A DNA stretch of 64,000 bases from Catajapyx aquilonaris (Eukaryota): positions 1 through 64,000 of the forward strand of contig JYFJ02000115.1 of NCBI GenBank assembly GCA_000934665.2, in the 5' to 3' direction. The notes below the pieces were generated by a model, which had not been told where the DNA came from, searched no databases, and was given only the letters and a program-made list of their open reading frames with translations. Made by a program: the position numbers and the translations under genes. This document shows positions 51,001 to 63,123 of this stretch, in pieces. Position 1 is the stretch's first letter; every line of letters starts with the position of its first letter.

Positions 51001-53225
51001 AGGAAGTAAGAATATTAAGAACTCGCCATGTTGACGTTATGCTTGAACATTGTTTTTCTTTCTTCCCTCTTCCTAACCTGCCAACCAACCAACCAACCAA
51101 CCAATCATCAACCAATCAACCCACCAACAAGGTGAAGCGAGACTTCTTCAACCTCCTCCGTGAGCACCCAGAACTTGACCGCCACACCCGGTGGGGCGAT
51201 GCCAAGAAGAAGCTGGACACAGATCCCAGATACAAAGCGGTCGAGTCCAGTGCACAGAGGGAAGATTGGTTCCGAGACTACTTCAAGGCCATGAAGGAGG
51301 AGAGAAAGAGGGATAAGGAAAAGGACGGGCCGAGGGGCGGCAGCGGAGAGGGGAGAAGCAGCAGCAGAAGCAAGGACAGGGATAGGGAGGAGAGGAAGAG
51401 GGATTCGAAGGACAGCGGCAGGGAGAGGAGCAGGGACAAGGAGAAGGAGAGGGAGAGGAGAGGCAGCCGGGAAAAGGACAGGAGCAGCAGGGATGAAAGG
51501 GGAGGCGGAAGGGAAGAGAAGGAGAGAGAGAAAGAGAAGGTGGAGAAGGAAATAGAGGGAGCAAGGAAGGAAGATGAACGGGAGGAGCCTTACGGGTTAG
51601 AGGTGAGCACCCTTTTCTCCTTGTCTCTTAACGACAAATAAAAACTAAGGACGTCGTTCAGAAATATGGAAGCATTGAAAGGCTCTAACCAGTTTAGTAG
51701 TGGTGGTATGTGTATTTTTTACATGAATGGGTACTTATTCTGCAATTTATTGCCCTGCTGGCTACTCCTGTATTTTAAGGTGCTTTAGAAACAAAATTCG
51801 GAATTAGGGGTGCAATGATGAGGTAACTCACAACAGAATGACCTTGGGCTGGCAGCTGCCGACTGTCCTTAACATTAATTTCTGGATGAGCAAACCTAAC
51901 GTCTCTCTTCATTAAAAGCCAATGGAAGAAACTGCAATGGAGGAAGATGAGCAGCGTGAGAAGGAGGCTCTCGAGCGAGAGCGGAAGGAGCGTGTGAAAG
52001 CCAGTTTGCGTGAGAGGGAGAAGGAAGTGCAGCGCACCCTTGCCTCCCACCTGCGTGACCGAGACAAGGAGAGGGAGCAGCACAAGCACGACGAAGCCGT
52101 GCAGCATTTTTGTGCGCTACTGGCTGATCTGGTCCGCAACTCAGAGCTTGGCTGGAGGGAGACCAAGAGGCAGCTGCGGAAAGACCACAGATGGGAGCTG
52201 GCAGACCTACTCGACCGTGAGGAGAAAGAGAAACTCTTCAACCAGCACACAGAGATGCTGGCCAAAAAGAAGAGAGAGAAATTCAGGGAACTGCTTGATG
52301 AAACTTCAGAGGTCTCCCTCACGTCAAGCTGGAAGGAGGTCAAGAAGCTTATAAAGGAGGATCCCCGTTACAGCAAGTTCTCCTCCAGTGACCGGGTGAG
52401 TTCAAACTTCCAAAAGTGTGGGCAGACGTTGAGAAGACCAGCATGTACACATTGGCCCATGTGTAACCTTGAAACCTTGAAATTACTTGACGTATGTTTC
52501 TTATGAAAGCATGTGATTGTTAGAATGTTTCATTTCTGCAGTACAAGAATTCTGTTTTGGAAAGCGGTTTAACCCTTGCGCAAACATGTTTTGTGAGTAG
52601 GAACCCAGGAGTTAGATCGCAATGTCATATAACCTTTGTATTCTTTGCAGAAGTGTGAACGAGAATTTAAGGATTACATCAAAGACAAGGTGGTAGCCAC
52701 GAAGGCTGACTTTCGGGAGCTACTCAAGGTAATGAACACCTCATGTTGGACCCAATCATTTGCAGAGTCTTGCATAATTTAATATTGAGATAATTTAACC
52801 AATGAACAGGATTGCGCTATGGATGGGAAGTAACAATATTTCCTAATGTGTTAAGCAGCGAACTTGTAAATTGTTCTCAGAGACCCTTATAAGATATTAA
52901 CCTGAATGCCTGCTACGGAGCTTACCTATATAAAATTTATGCGCACATCTATACGATCCGATGGATAATTTGTTGGCTTATCCCCTCTCCTCGCCAGGAA
53001 ACTAAGTTAATAACTCACAAGTCTCTGAAGATGGTTCAGGAGAACGAACAGCACCTGAGGGACATTGAGGAGATCCTGAAGAAGGACAAGCGCTACCTGA
53101 TTCTGGATGGGATCCCTGAGGAGCGCCAGAAGATGGTAATCACCTATCTGGAAGACCTGGAGAAAAGAGGTCCCCCACCTCCTCCCACAGCTTCTGAGCC
53201 TACCAGAAGACCCACAAACAAGTAA
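42001..53225 (+). CDS. TCERG1: Transcription elongation regulator 1 (CA150), 3 WW domains plus FF repeats, 15 exons, ~1340 aa
   Basis: Exons 42001-42326, 43298-43544, 44304-44417, 44531-44683, 45427-45619, 45695-45826, 46541-46698, 46836-47473, 47596-48049, 48214-48422, 48569-48719, 51132-51602, 51919-52395, 52651-52728, 52998-53225 (4029 nt). WW1 [29 protein letters not shown]3 [40 protein letters not shown]-terminal [11 protein letters not shown]. Confidence 0.96.
42827..42954. mobile_element. PIF/Harbinger-type hairpin MITE in TCERG1 intron 1
   Basis: TTA|TGGCCGGTTTCACCAAGCCCGGTTTTCAT ... ATGAAAACCGGGCTTGGTGAAACTGGCCA|TTA; TIR related to family A (GGCCRGTTTCACC). Confidence 0.85.
51081..51130 (+). 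repeat. (AACC)n microsatellite directly upstream of a TCERG1 3' splice site
   Basis: ccaaccaaccaaccaaccaaccaatcatcaaccaatcaacccaccaacaag|GTGAAG. Confidence 0.9.
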
Positions 53226-53849
53226 ATGGACACTGCACAAGTAAAAGTGTACTACTACATATAATTACGCCATCCCATTTTGTTGGGAGAGAAGGGACCC
53301 CTTTAAGCTGTAGATTAGATAGTAATTATTATTTTTCTGCCTGGCAAACCATGAATGTCATTTTCCCCTTTCAAACCGTGTCTGTTTTGTGGATGTTTTT
53401 ACGGCTTATAGTGAAATATGCATAGTTGTTTTTTTTTTTTCAATGTTTTTTTGTAAGTCAACAACAGGAGTTTTAGGCATAATGCTGCTCCAATGTAAGG
53501 ATTAAAAATATATATAAAAATCAAACATTGCCTCAGTCACCCAACATTTTATTCCAAATTCCAGCTACAGCGTCACATACCGTCACAAGCCATGCAGTGT
53601 CAGGTGATGCTACAGCCTGGCTGCATGGAATTGTCAGAGTTATAGTAACATTTTCCACGTGGGAATATTTTCACTGACAAGTTAGACCAAAAGTAAAATT
53701 GTCACAGAAATATCATTGGGATTGTATTAAAAGTCTAGTGCATTACACTGATCCTGTTTTCAGCCGTTTCAAGACAAATTTATTAGACGTCAGTAAGGTG
53801 TGCTGTGAATTTGGACAACGATTTTTTTCCCCCTTGCTCCACTACTGTA

Positions 53850-55090
53850 TTAATATTCAAGTGCGAAAGGGTAGTGCTTGTGGTCCTTGTAATAGTCACA
53901 CCCTAGGATGCGACCGTTGAAATCAAGGTTGTCAATCTCAATTATGTCTCGAGGAGTCAACTTGAAGTCAAACACGTCGAAGTTCTCCTTGAGGCGGTGG
54001 GCCTTGGTGGACTTTGGGATGGGGAGGTCCTCACGCTGAATGTGCCAGCGGAGGGTCACCTGAGCTGGAGTCTTGTTGTACTTGGCTCCTATCTTCAGCA
54101 GGACAGGCTCCTGCAGAAGCTCGCGGCGATTGGCACGATCAAGCTGGCCTCCAATTGGGCTGTATGCCATCAGAATTATCTGGATGGGGAATATGAAATG
54201 ATGCACTTTGCAGCTTCATGAATATATTGCAATTTTGAAAAGGTTTTGCCCCATAATAGTTCTAGTTTGGGGTGAACTTGTGATGCCCATTATCTAATCC
54301 AAGATGACAAGTAAATTGAGAGAAAAGTGCACTCACGTCATTCTTTTTGCAGAAAGCCAAGAGTTTTTTCTGGTTGAGGAAAGGATGACACTCAACCTCG
54401 TTAACAGTGGGCTTGACAGTGCAGGAGTCCAGGATTCGTTGCATCTGTGCATGGTTGAAATTTGAGACCCCTATCGACTTGCACAGGCCCATCGCCTTGC
54501 ATCGCTCCATTTCCTTCCAGGTGTCCACGTAGTCCACATCAGAGTAGACAGAGTCAGGACCAAAGGCCTCGTTGCCAGTGCCAGGCTTGAATCCCATGGG
54601 CCAGTGGATCAGGAACATGTCCAGAGGGCCCAAGCCAAAGGTCTCCACCGCCTTCTTGCACATGGGCACCACCATATCTTTGTCGTGGTGGTAACACCAC
54701 AGCTGCATTTGGTTAAGAATTTCAAGTGTCAAGCCTTACCACAAATCAATACATATTTCACTTTTGTCGTCAAACCTTGGTGGTGATGAAGACATCCTCA
54801 CGCTTGATGACACCTTCATCAATCTTGGCCTGGATTCCCTGTCCAATTTCCTTCTCGCACTTGTAAAAGTAGGCGCTGTCAAAGTGGCGGTAGCCTATGT
54901 TGATGGCACTCTTTACAGCATCCACCATCTCCTTGGCATGGTCAGGGTCGAACTGCAAGGAGGAATTAGATGATCAAAATACCTTTTGTCATCCGCATGT
55001 TACTCCTCAACTCACCGAGAAGGATCCCATTCCTAAGGCAGGGATCTCATTGCCATCGTTCATCATCATCTTGTGGGCAAGGGTTGGCAT
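53850..55090 (-). CDS. Aldo-keto reductase family 1 (aldose reductase-like), paralogue 1, 315 aa
   Basis: Exons 55090-55016, 54952-54776, 54702-54337, 54179-53850. Catalytic tetrad in GYRHFDSAYFY, FITTKLW, LIHWP; SIGVSNF, IPKS, ENF. Confidence 0.95.
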
Positions 55091-55825
55091 TGTCGGTTGC
55101 TGTCGTGAAACTTACTCAGGAACAATTACCGGCTGCAAAAAAATTAAATTCGGGGCATTTGCATTTATCTCAGCAACCTTTTGTTTCTGATGGTAATAGA
55201 ATATTGAAATCAGTAACCCCCACGCTCCTGTCATTTCATCACGATACTTAGATAACAGTGCAATTACTATGTCACACTGGTAACATTGCGGGCATGTGCA
55301 CATCAGTAATAATATAAAAACGTCCGCATAAAAGTGACCTGGCCATAGAATTCTAATCTCTCAAGGCTGAACAACCAGGAACCAAGATTAGCAATAATAA
55401 TTGTCTCAGTATTGTGTAGATAAAATTGCGATAAAACTTACACAACCATCACATAATCTGGTTGTTCACTAATCAGATGAAATCAAAGTTGCCGCATTAT
55501 GTGACTTGACATTATGATTTCAAAATAAGTATGGAGAAAAATTATGCAGAGCATGATGCCAATATGAATATTTCCTCTTTCAATCAGAAAACAAAATATG
55601 TATGGTCGCCTTCTGGTTGGACTCCACTTTAATAGTCCCTATTTGTGACTATTTCCCTCCGAGAAGTGGAGGTTTAAAACTAATGCCTGACTAATTACTA
55701 TAATAATGATGTTACCTGTGCCGCAGCACAATAAGTGTAACGTACAGTACCTGCAGGCCAGGTGGTCCAGGAACAAAAGAGCCGTCTGTGCACCTGGCAA
55801 GTGTCCCAATAGTCAATTGCAAGGT

Positions 55826-55835
55826 GTCATGTGAC
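55826..55835. promoter_or_regulatory. GTCATGTGAC motif conserved upstream of all four AKR paralogues (also at 58669, 60557, 62643)
   Basis: Exact 10-mer seen four times, once upstream of each gene; contains the M-box/E-box TCATGTGA. Confidence 0.55.
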
Positions 55836-56104
55836 TCATATCGACAGCCTTTCATTTGCTGAAAGAAATGACCTTCATGCTGTATTTTGTTATCTTTCCC
55901 GGTTCGTGGTTTGATAGTTATTGCTTTACGTTACACACTGAGTAATTCATGGTGAACTTGGATAAAATGAGAGGTCGATATAGGCCTGTTTGTAAAGTAA
56001 AGGACAACACAGGTGTTTTTTCAATGTTTATTAAACCAAATTGATTACACATTAGCAAGGTGTACTATGAATTTTGACAGCAATAATATGCTTCACTACC
56101 ATTA

Positions 56105-57365
56105 TTAATATTCAAGAGCAAATGGGTAGTGTGGATGGTCTTTGAAATAGTCGCATCCCAGGATGCGACCGTTGAAGTCCAAGGCGTCAATCTCAGCCAT
56201 GTCTTGAGCTGTCAGCTTGAAGTCAAACACATCGAAGTTCTCCTTGAGTCGGTGGGCCTTGGTGGACTTCGGGATGGGGAGGTCCTCACGCTGAATGTGC
56301 CAGCGGAGGGTCACCTGCGCTGGAGACTTCTTGTACTTGGCTCCTATCTTCTTCAGGACGGGCTCCTGCAGAAGCTCGCGGCGATTGGCACGGTCAAGCT
56401 GGCCTCCAATTGGGCTGTACGCCATCAGAATTATCTGGATGGGGAAAATTAAAATGATGTTTCTCAAACAAATAAAACCATGAAATGATGCACTTTGCAG
56501 CTTCATTAAGTGCAATGTTATGAAAAGTTTTTGCGCCGTTCGTAGCATTGTTTTGTGGCAAACTAGTGATGCCCATTAGTATGTTGTTGTCTACTAATCC
56601 AGAGAAGAGTTGGCTCACGTCATTCTTTTTGCAGAAGTCCAGGAGTTTCTTCTGGTTGAAGAAAGGATGACACTCGACCTCGTTAACAGTGGGCTTGATC
56701 TTGCAGGAGTCGAGGATTCGCTGAATCTGCGCATGGTTGAAGTTGGAGATCCCGATGGACTTGCACAGGCCCATCGCCTTGCATCGCTCCATTTCCTTCC
56801 AGGTGTCCACGTAGTCCACATCAGAGTAGACTGAGTCAGGACCAAAGGCCTCGTTGCCAGTGCCAGGCTTGAATCCCATGGGCCAGTGGATCAGGAACAT
56901 GTCCAGAGGACCCAAGCCAAAGGTCTCCACCGCCTTCTTGCACATGGGCACCACCTTATCCTTGTCGTGGTGGTAACACCACAGCTGAATTTCAAGTGTC
57001 AAGACTTATCACAAATCAATTCATAAATTTCACTTTTGTCGTCAAACCTTAGTGGTGATGAAGACATCCTCACGCTTGATGACACCTTCATCAATCTTGG
57101 CCTTGATCCCCTGTCCGATTTCCTTCTCGCACTTGTAGAAGTAAGCGCTGTCAAAGTGGCGGTAGCCAATGTCGATGGCACTCTTCACAGCATCCACCAT
57201 CTCTTTGGCATGCTCAGGGTCGAACTGCAAGGAGGAATGAAGTGGTCAGAACACCTTTGTCACAAACATGTTAATTACTCCTAAACTCACAGAGAAGGAT
57301 CCCATTCCAACTGCAGGGATCTCATTGCCATCGTTCATCTTCATCTTGTGGGCGAGGGTTGGCAT
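56105..57365 (-). CDS. Aldo-keto reductase family 1, paralogue 2, 315 aa
   Basis: Exons 57365-57291, 57224-57048, 56984-56619, 56434-56105; same structure with intact tetrad. Confidence 0.95.
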
Positions 57366-58901
57366 TGTTGTATGTTGTTGCGAAACTTACTTTGGAACGA
57401 GATACAACTGCAAAAAAAGAAAAGTATCTTGAATTATTACAGTACAGATTTTGTTAGCACTTTATGTTTTACAATTATTTTCAGGCCAGACATTCCCAAA
57501 TGGTTTGAAAATAATGTATTATACAGTATTTATCCCACCTAATATTACCGGTAGTTAATTTATTGATGAGCAGCATGCTTAGAACAAACAAAAATTGCAA
57601 TGTCCTTGATTTCTCAAATGAAACATTAGCATTCTCTTACCAGTAATCTGAGTCAGCCCAATATTTTTATCGCACAGTTGTATGTACAGTACACTGTAAT
57701 CATATGTAAAGAGTGGAGACCCCATCTGTTCAATTTTTTTTTGTGCATTTGCAGCACTTCAGCCTGCTGTCAAAATGACGAAGGATGAAGGTTATGGGAA
57801 GGAAAATTATTATTTTTCCTCCTGGCATCTGCCATACCCTTACTGAATAATATTGCAAGCAACATATCGGAATTTACCATAGTTGCAGGAAGCTGCTACA
57901 TTATGACACGCACTGCCGCCATAAATACTGAGGCTTAATTTCCTCAAGGTCACGTCATTTATTAGTCCTCCGGTATATTTTTTCAGCCCGTGTAAATATA
58001 GACTATCCGAGTCATTCACGCAATTACGTAATTGCTGCATTTACGCGTAGTTTACATTTTTCTCGTCAGCCCTTTCTGATGGTAATAAAATATTGTAATT
58101 CGTACTTACATAACCGTGCAACTATGTCACACTCGTAATATTGCCGGCACATACGTACGTCAGAAATAATATTAAATTGTACGCATATATAAGCGACCGG
58201 CACCGTAAAATGTAGTCGTACTCTAATTACCCAAGTCCGAACAGCGTGGAACCGAGATTATCAATAATATATTGCCTCCAGTATTGTGTAGATGATATTG
58301 CGATAAAACTTGGATTGTTCACTAATAATCAGAAAAAAATCAAAGTCGCCGCATTATGTGACTTCACATCAATTGCAAAATAACGTATGGAGAACAATTG
58401 CTTCTTGTCCATATATGGAAAATTATACAGAGCAAGGTGATGGGAATTTCAATCAGAAAATGAAATATTCTAATGTGTCGCCATTTCCCTCCAAGAAGTG
58501 TAGGTTTAAAACTAATGTGTCACTAAATTGCTATTAATGATGTCACCTGTACCGCGCAGCACTAGTTCCAACTTACCTTCACGCCAGGTGATCCCGGAAC
58601 AAAAGAGCCGTCTCTTCCTCGTGCACCAGGAAATAAAAGAAGAGTCCCGAGCGGTCAATTGCAAAGTGGTCATGTGACTCACAGTGTCTATACAGCCTTT
58701 CATTTGTTGGAAGATATGACCTTCGTTCTGCAATTTTTTGTCCTGCGTAAAGTTCGCAATTTTTGTGGATTAGTTGCATTAATAATAGGCTATTGAATGA
58801 CGCTGACACTGTTGTTTTATGCATTTATTTAAACCGAATTGATTACACATCACTGTGAATTTGGACGACAATTTTTTTCCCCATCACGCTCCACTACTGG
58901 A

Positions 58902-60158
58902 TTAATATTCAAGTGTAAAAGGGTAGTGTGGATGGTCTTTGAAATAGTCGCACCCCAGGATGCGACCGTTGAAGTCCAAGGCGTCAATCTCAGCCATGTC
59001 TTGAGCTGCCAGCTTGAAGTCAAACACGTCGAAGTTCTCCTTGAGTCGGTGGGCCTTGGTGGACTTTGGGATGGGGAGGTCCTCACGCTGTATGTGCCAG
59101 CGGAGGGTCACCTGCGCTGGAGACTTCTTGTACTTGGCTCCTATCTTCTTCAGGACTGGCTCCTCCAGCAGCTCACGGCGGTTGGCACGGTCAAGCTGGC
59201 CTCCAATTGGGCTGTATGCCATCAGAATTATCTGGATGGAGAAAATGGAAATTATATGCTTCTAAAAAAAATTGCAGCTTCCTGAATTGTAACTATTATG
59301 AAAACGGTTATGCGACGATTAGTTTACACATCAATCTTATTCCAAGATGGCAAATAAATCTAGAGAAGAGTTGGCTCACGTCATTCTTTTTGCAGAAGTC
59401 CAGGAGTTTCTTCTGGTTGAGGAAAGGATGACACTCGACCTCGTTAACAGTGGGTTTGATCTTGCAGGAGTCGAGGAGTCGTTGAATCTGCGCATGGTTG
59501 AAGTTGGAGATCCCGATGGACTTGCACAGGCCCTTCTCCTTGCAATGCTCCATTTCCTTCCAGGTGTCCACGTAGTCCACATCAGAGTAGACAGAGTCAG
59601 GAGTGAAGGCCTCGTTGCCAGTGCCAGGCTTGAATGCCATGGGAAAGTGGATCAGGAACATGTCCAGAGGACCCAAGCCAAAGTTCTCCACCGCCTTCTG
59701 GCACATGGGCACCACCATGTCCTTGTCGTGGTGGTAACACCACAGCTAAAGAGGAACAAAAACGCCAAACCCTATATGTTGTACTCGTGGCAAAAATATA
59801 TGATAAAACGTCACAAATTGAATCTATCAACAAACCTTGGTGGTGATGAAGACATCCTCACGCTTGATGACACCTTCATCAATCTTGGCCTTGATCCCCT
59901 GTCCGAGTTCCTTCTCGCACTTGTAGAAGTAGGCACAGTCAAAGTGGCGGTAGCCAATGTCAATGGCACTCTTCACAGCATCCACCATCGCCTTGGCATG
60001 GCCTGGGTCGAACTGCAAGAATAAGGAACAAGTTGTCTCAAAATGCTGTCCCAAGCATATGTTAATTTCTCCTATAAACTCACCGAGAAGGATCCCATTC
60101 CAAAGGCAGGGATCTCACGTCCGTCGTTCATCTTCATCTTGTGGGCAAGGGTTGGCAT
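58902..60158 (-). CDS. Aldo-keto reductase family 1, paralogue 3, 315 aa
   Basis: Exons 60158-60084, 60012-59836, 59745-59380, 59231-58902; FDCAYFY, TTKLW, LIHFP. Confidence 0.95.
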
Positions 60159-61100
60159 TGTTGTTTCCTATTGTGAACCTGCCTCCGCCGAACAAATACC
60201 AACTGCAAAAATAATTTGGTGATTGCAGATTTGCAGATGTGTTGAATTGAAGTGTACGCTTCGGTTAGCTCCAATTTTTAGACTAGACATTCCTAATTGG
60301 TTTGAACTTGCACAATCATCAGATAATCTAATTGTTCACTAATCAGATAAAATCAAAGTCCCCGCATTATGTGACCATATGATTACCGAGAACAAGAAAT
60401 ATGCATGGTCGGCTGATTCACTAGGTGTCACCAATAGCAGCACAAGTGTAACGTACCTGCACGACTCTATAGGGTGATCCGGGAACAAAAGAGGCGTCTA
60501 TTCCTCGTGCACCCGGCAAATAAGAAAGAGTCCCAAGTCTGTTCAATTGCCAAGTGGTCATGTGACTCGTATCTGCAGCCTTTCATTTGCTGCGGAAGAG
60601 ATGACCTTCGTTCTGAAATTTTTTATCGTGTGGTTTGAAGGCTATGCCGGCCGGGGAAATCCAAGGTAGACCACTCCTCTTAGTCTTCACCTGTTACGTA
60701 ATTACAGGCTTGTCTCCATGTGCCCATCCGACCCAAAATGCAAAAGTTGCATGACCCATTACCGCAAGTGACGATTTCCCAAATTGGTTAAGCTTGTGGT
60801 CGATATGTCACTAATATTCAGTGCCGGATAGTGTTTACGTGATGATTGGCGGTATTGATCACGGCAACGGACAGTGTTTTCGTTTCCTAGCTCGTTCAAA
60901 TTACGTTGTACTACTTGCATGAGAAAAATCGAAGAAGAAAAACACCGACAATAATGTCACGTACTTCCACCAGTGTATACAACTATAGGCTGAAAATATA
61001 CATGACCTCATTGCAATTCACATAACATATTGTGCAACGTCCCTTTTTCTTTTTATTTCCGATGATACATTGCAAAGACTGCGGTACAATGCACCGTACT

Positions 61101-62269
61101 TTATTCTTCGTTGAAAGGATAATGAGGATGGTCGTTGAACCACTCCGCCTTGAGGATCCGAAAGTCGCAGTTGAGTCCGTCGACCTCTGCCATTTCTTGT
61201 GGGGTCAGCTCGAAGTCGAAGACATTGAAGTTCTCTTCCAGACGGTACGACCTGGTGGACTTCGGCACCGGTACCACGTGCCTCTGGATGTGCCATCGGA
61301 GGGTCACCTGCGCTGAAGTCTTGTCGTACTTGGATCCAATCTGCTTCAGGACAGGTTCCTCCAGCAGCTCTCGCCGGTTCTTCCTGTCCAGCTGACCACC
61401 GATTGGACTGTATGCCATCATCATCACCTGAAAATGACATATGGGACAGCGGTGGTGGCTTTTTAGGCATTCGGACACCAAATGTCTACCTGGTTCTCCT
61501 GGCAGAACTGGAGTAACTTCTCCTGGTTGAGAAATGGGTGGCATTCGACCTGGTTGACCACAGGCTTGACCTTGCAGCTGTCCAGCACCCTCTGGAGCTG
61601 CTGGCTGTTGAAGTTGGACACCCCGATGGACCTGGTCAGCCCTTGCCGGACACACTCCTCCATCTGCGTCCAGGTGTCCACGTAGTCCACATCAGAGTAC
61701 TCAGACCCAGGTGTGAACCCCTCGTCTCCTGTCCCTTCCACGAACCCCATCGGCCAGTGGATCAGAAACAAATCCAATGGACCTAACGCGAAATTCTCCA
61801 CCGCCTTTTTGCACATCTGGACAACCATGTCCGGCTTATGGTGGTAGCACCACAGCTAGAAAAATATGCCAATTCGAACACAAGCATATAGAGTGGCCAT
61901 CCGCAACTGACCTTGGTGGTGATGAAGACATCCTCACGTCGGATGGCCCCTTCTTCTATCTTGTCCTGGATGGCCTTGCCAATGTCCTTCTCGCACTTGT
62001 AGAAAAACGCGCTGTCAAAGTGCCGGTAGCCTATATCAATAGCCGATTTAACAGCCTGCACCATCTGGTCCGACTGCACTGGGTCTAACTGTGCAAAAAC
62101 AGTCGCGCACTTGAGAAATCAGCAATTAGTTTAGCAATTAGCTGCGTACCTGGAATGATCCCATGCCAATTGCTGGTATTTCTTTGCCGTCGTTCATCCT
62201 CAGCTTGTTGGCCAAAATTGGCATTCGGACCACCTCGTCCGAACCAACCTTCGCACAGCACATACCCAT
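61101..62269 (-). CDS. Aldo-keto reductase family 1, paralogue 4 (most divergent), 329 aa with N-terminal extension or 314 aa from ATG 62224
   Basis: Exons 62269-62150, 62088-61912, 61855-61490, 61427-61101; FDSAFFY, TTKLW, LIHWP, VNQVECHP, VPKS, HPHYPF. Confidence 0.93.
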
Positions 62270-63123
62270 TATTTCCCTGCAAAATATTGTCAATCCAAAA
62301 AAAAAAAAATGCAAATTATCCACTCTTAGCCAACAATATATGAAGCGTGAAATGATTCGTTATGGAAGTGTCCTTGAAAATAAAGTTTATGACCACTTAC
62401 GCAACAGGGTGGAGCAGAACTGACGGGAAATCCAACAAATATTTTTGGCACACTTTAGCACTGAGGCACGTTCACCTGCTTCACACGCGATCGCCGCACA
62501 TGTGAAAGACCACTGCAAAATTACGATTTGGTTCCCCTCACATTATTTTCCTGTTTCCCAAACCGCAGTCTCGGTAAGTTTGGATCGAAAGACGACCAAA
62601 TAAACCGCTTGTTAAACAGAAATGGTAACTCTCAGTGACTGAGTCATGTGACATCGATCGTTGGGGGGGCATATGTGGGGGTGGGACCAATGCTATCAGA
62701 AGGCTATCTTTACATTGGAGTTGAGTATGTAAGTACGTATAGTCTAATCCATCTTTGTAAGGATTTTCAGCACGAATTCCGCCTTTGCAGAAATTGCAAT
62801 TGAGGCACTCACTGCCCGATGAACAGCAGGAAGCATACATTCACAAGCTGGTCATTACCACTTATTGACTGCATAACGACACAGAGAATTGGGCATTAAC
62901 TGCTAACGAAATGAAAATCAAGAATATTTCCAAAGAGCCAATTTGCACGTACATTCCGAGTGGCTCACCCGCAGATAATGTGCGGTGTTTTCTCAACTTA
63001 TCTCCATCTACGATATCACAATGTGAGGGTCAGACAAAGTCAAGAGGTGTAATATGATAATATTTTATTTCTGGTAACATATAAAAAGAGTACAAAGATT
63101 GCCAATTAGGAATATTGGCTTGA

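Noticed and set aside
51866..51873. TCCTTAAC, a perfect U12 branch-site sequence
   Set aside because: The intron donor is U2-type (gtgagc), no RTATCCT donor was seen, and the site is ~45 nt from the used acceptor.
59347..60024. 225-aa plus-strand ORF and other antisense ORFs over the AKR genes
   Set aside because: Antisense shadows of GC3-rich coding exons; no independent motifs or gene structure.
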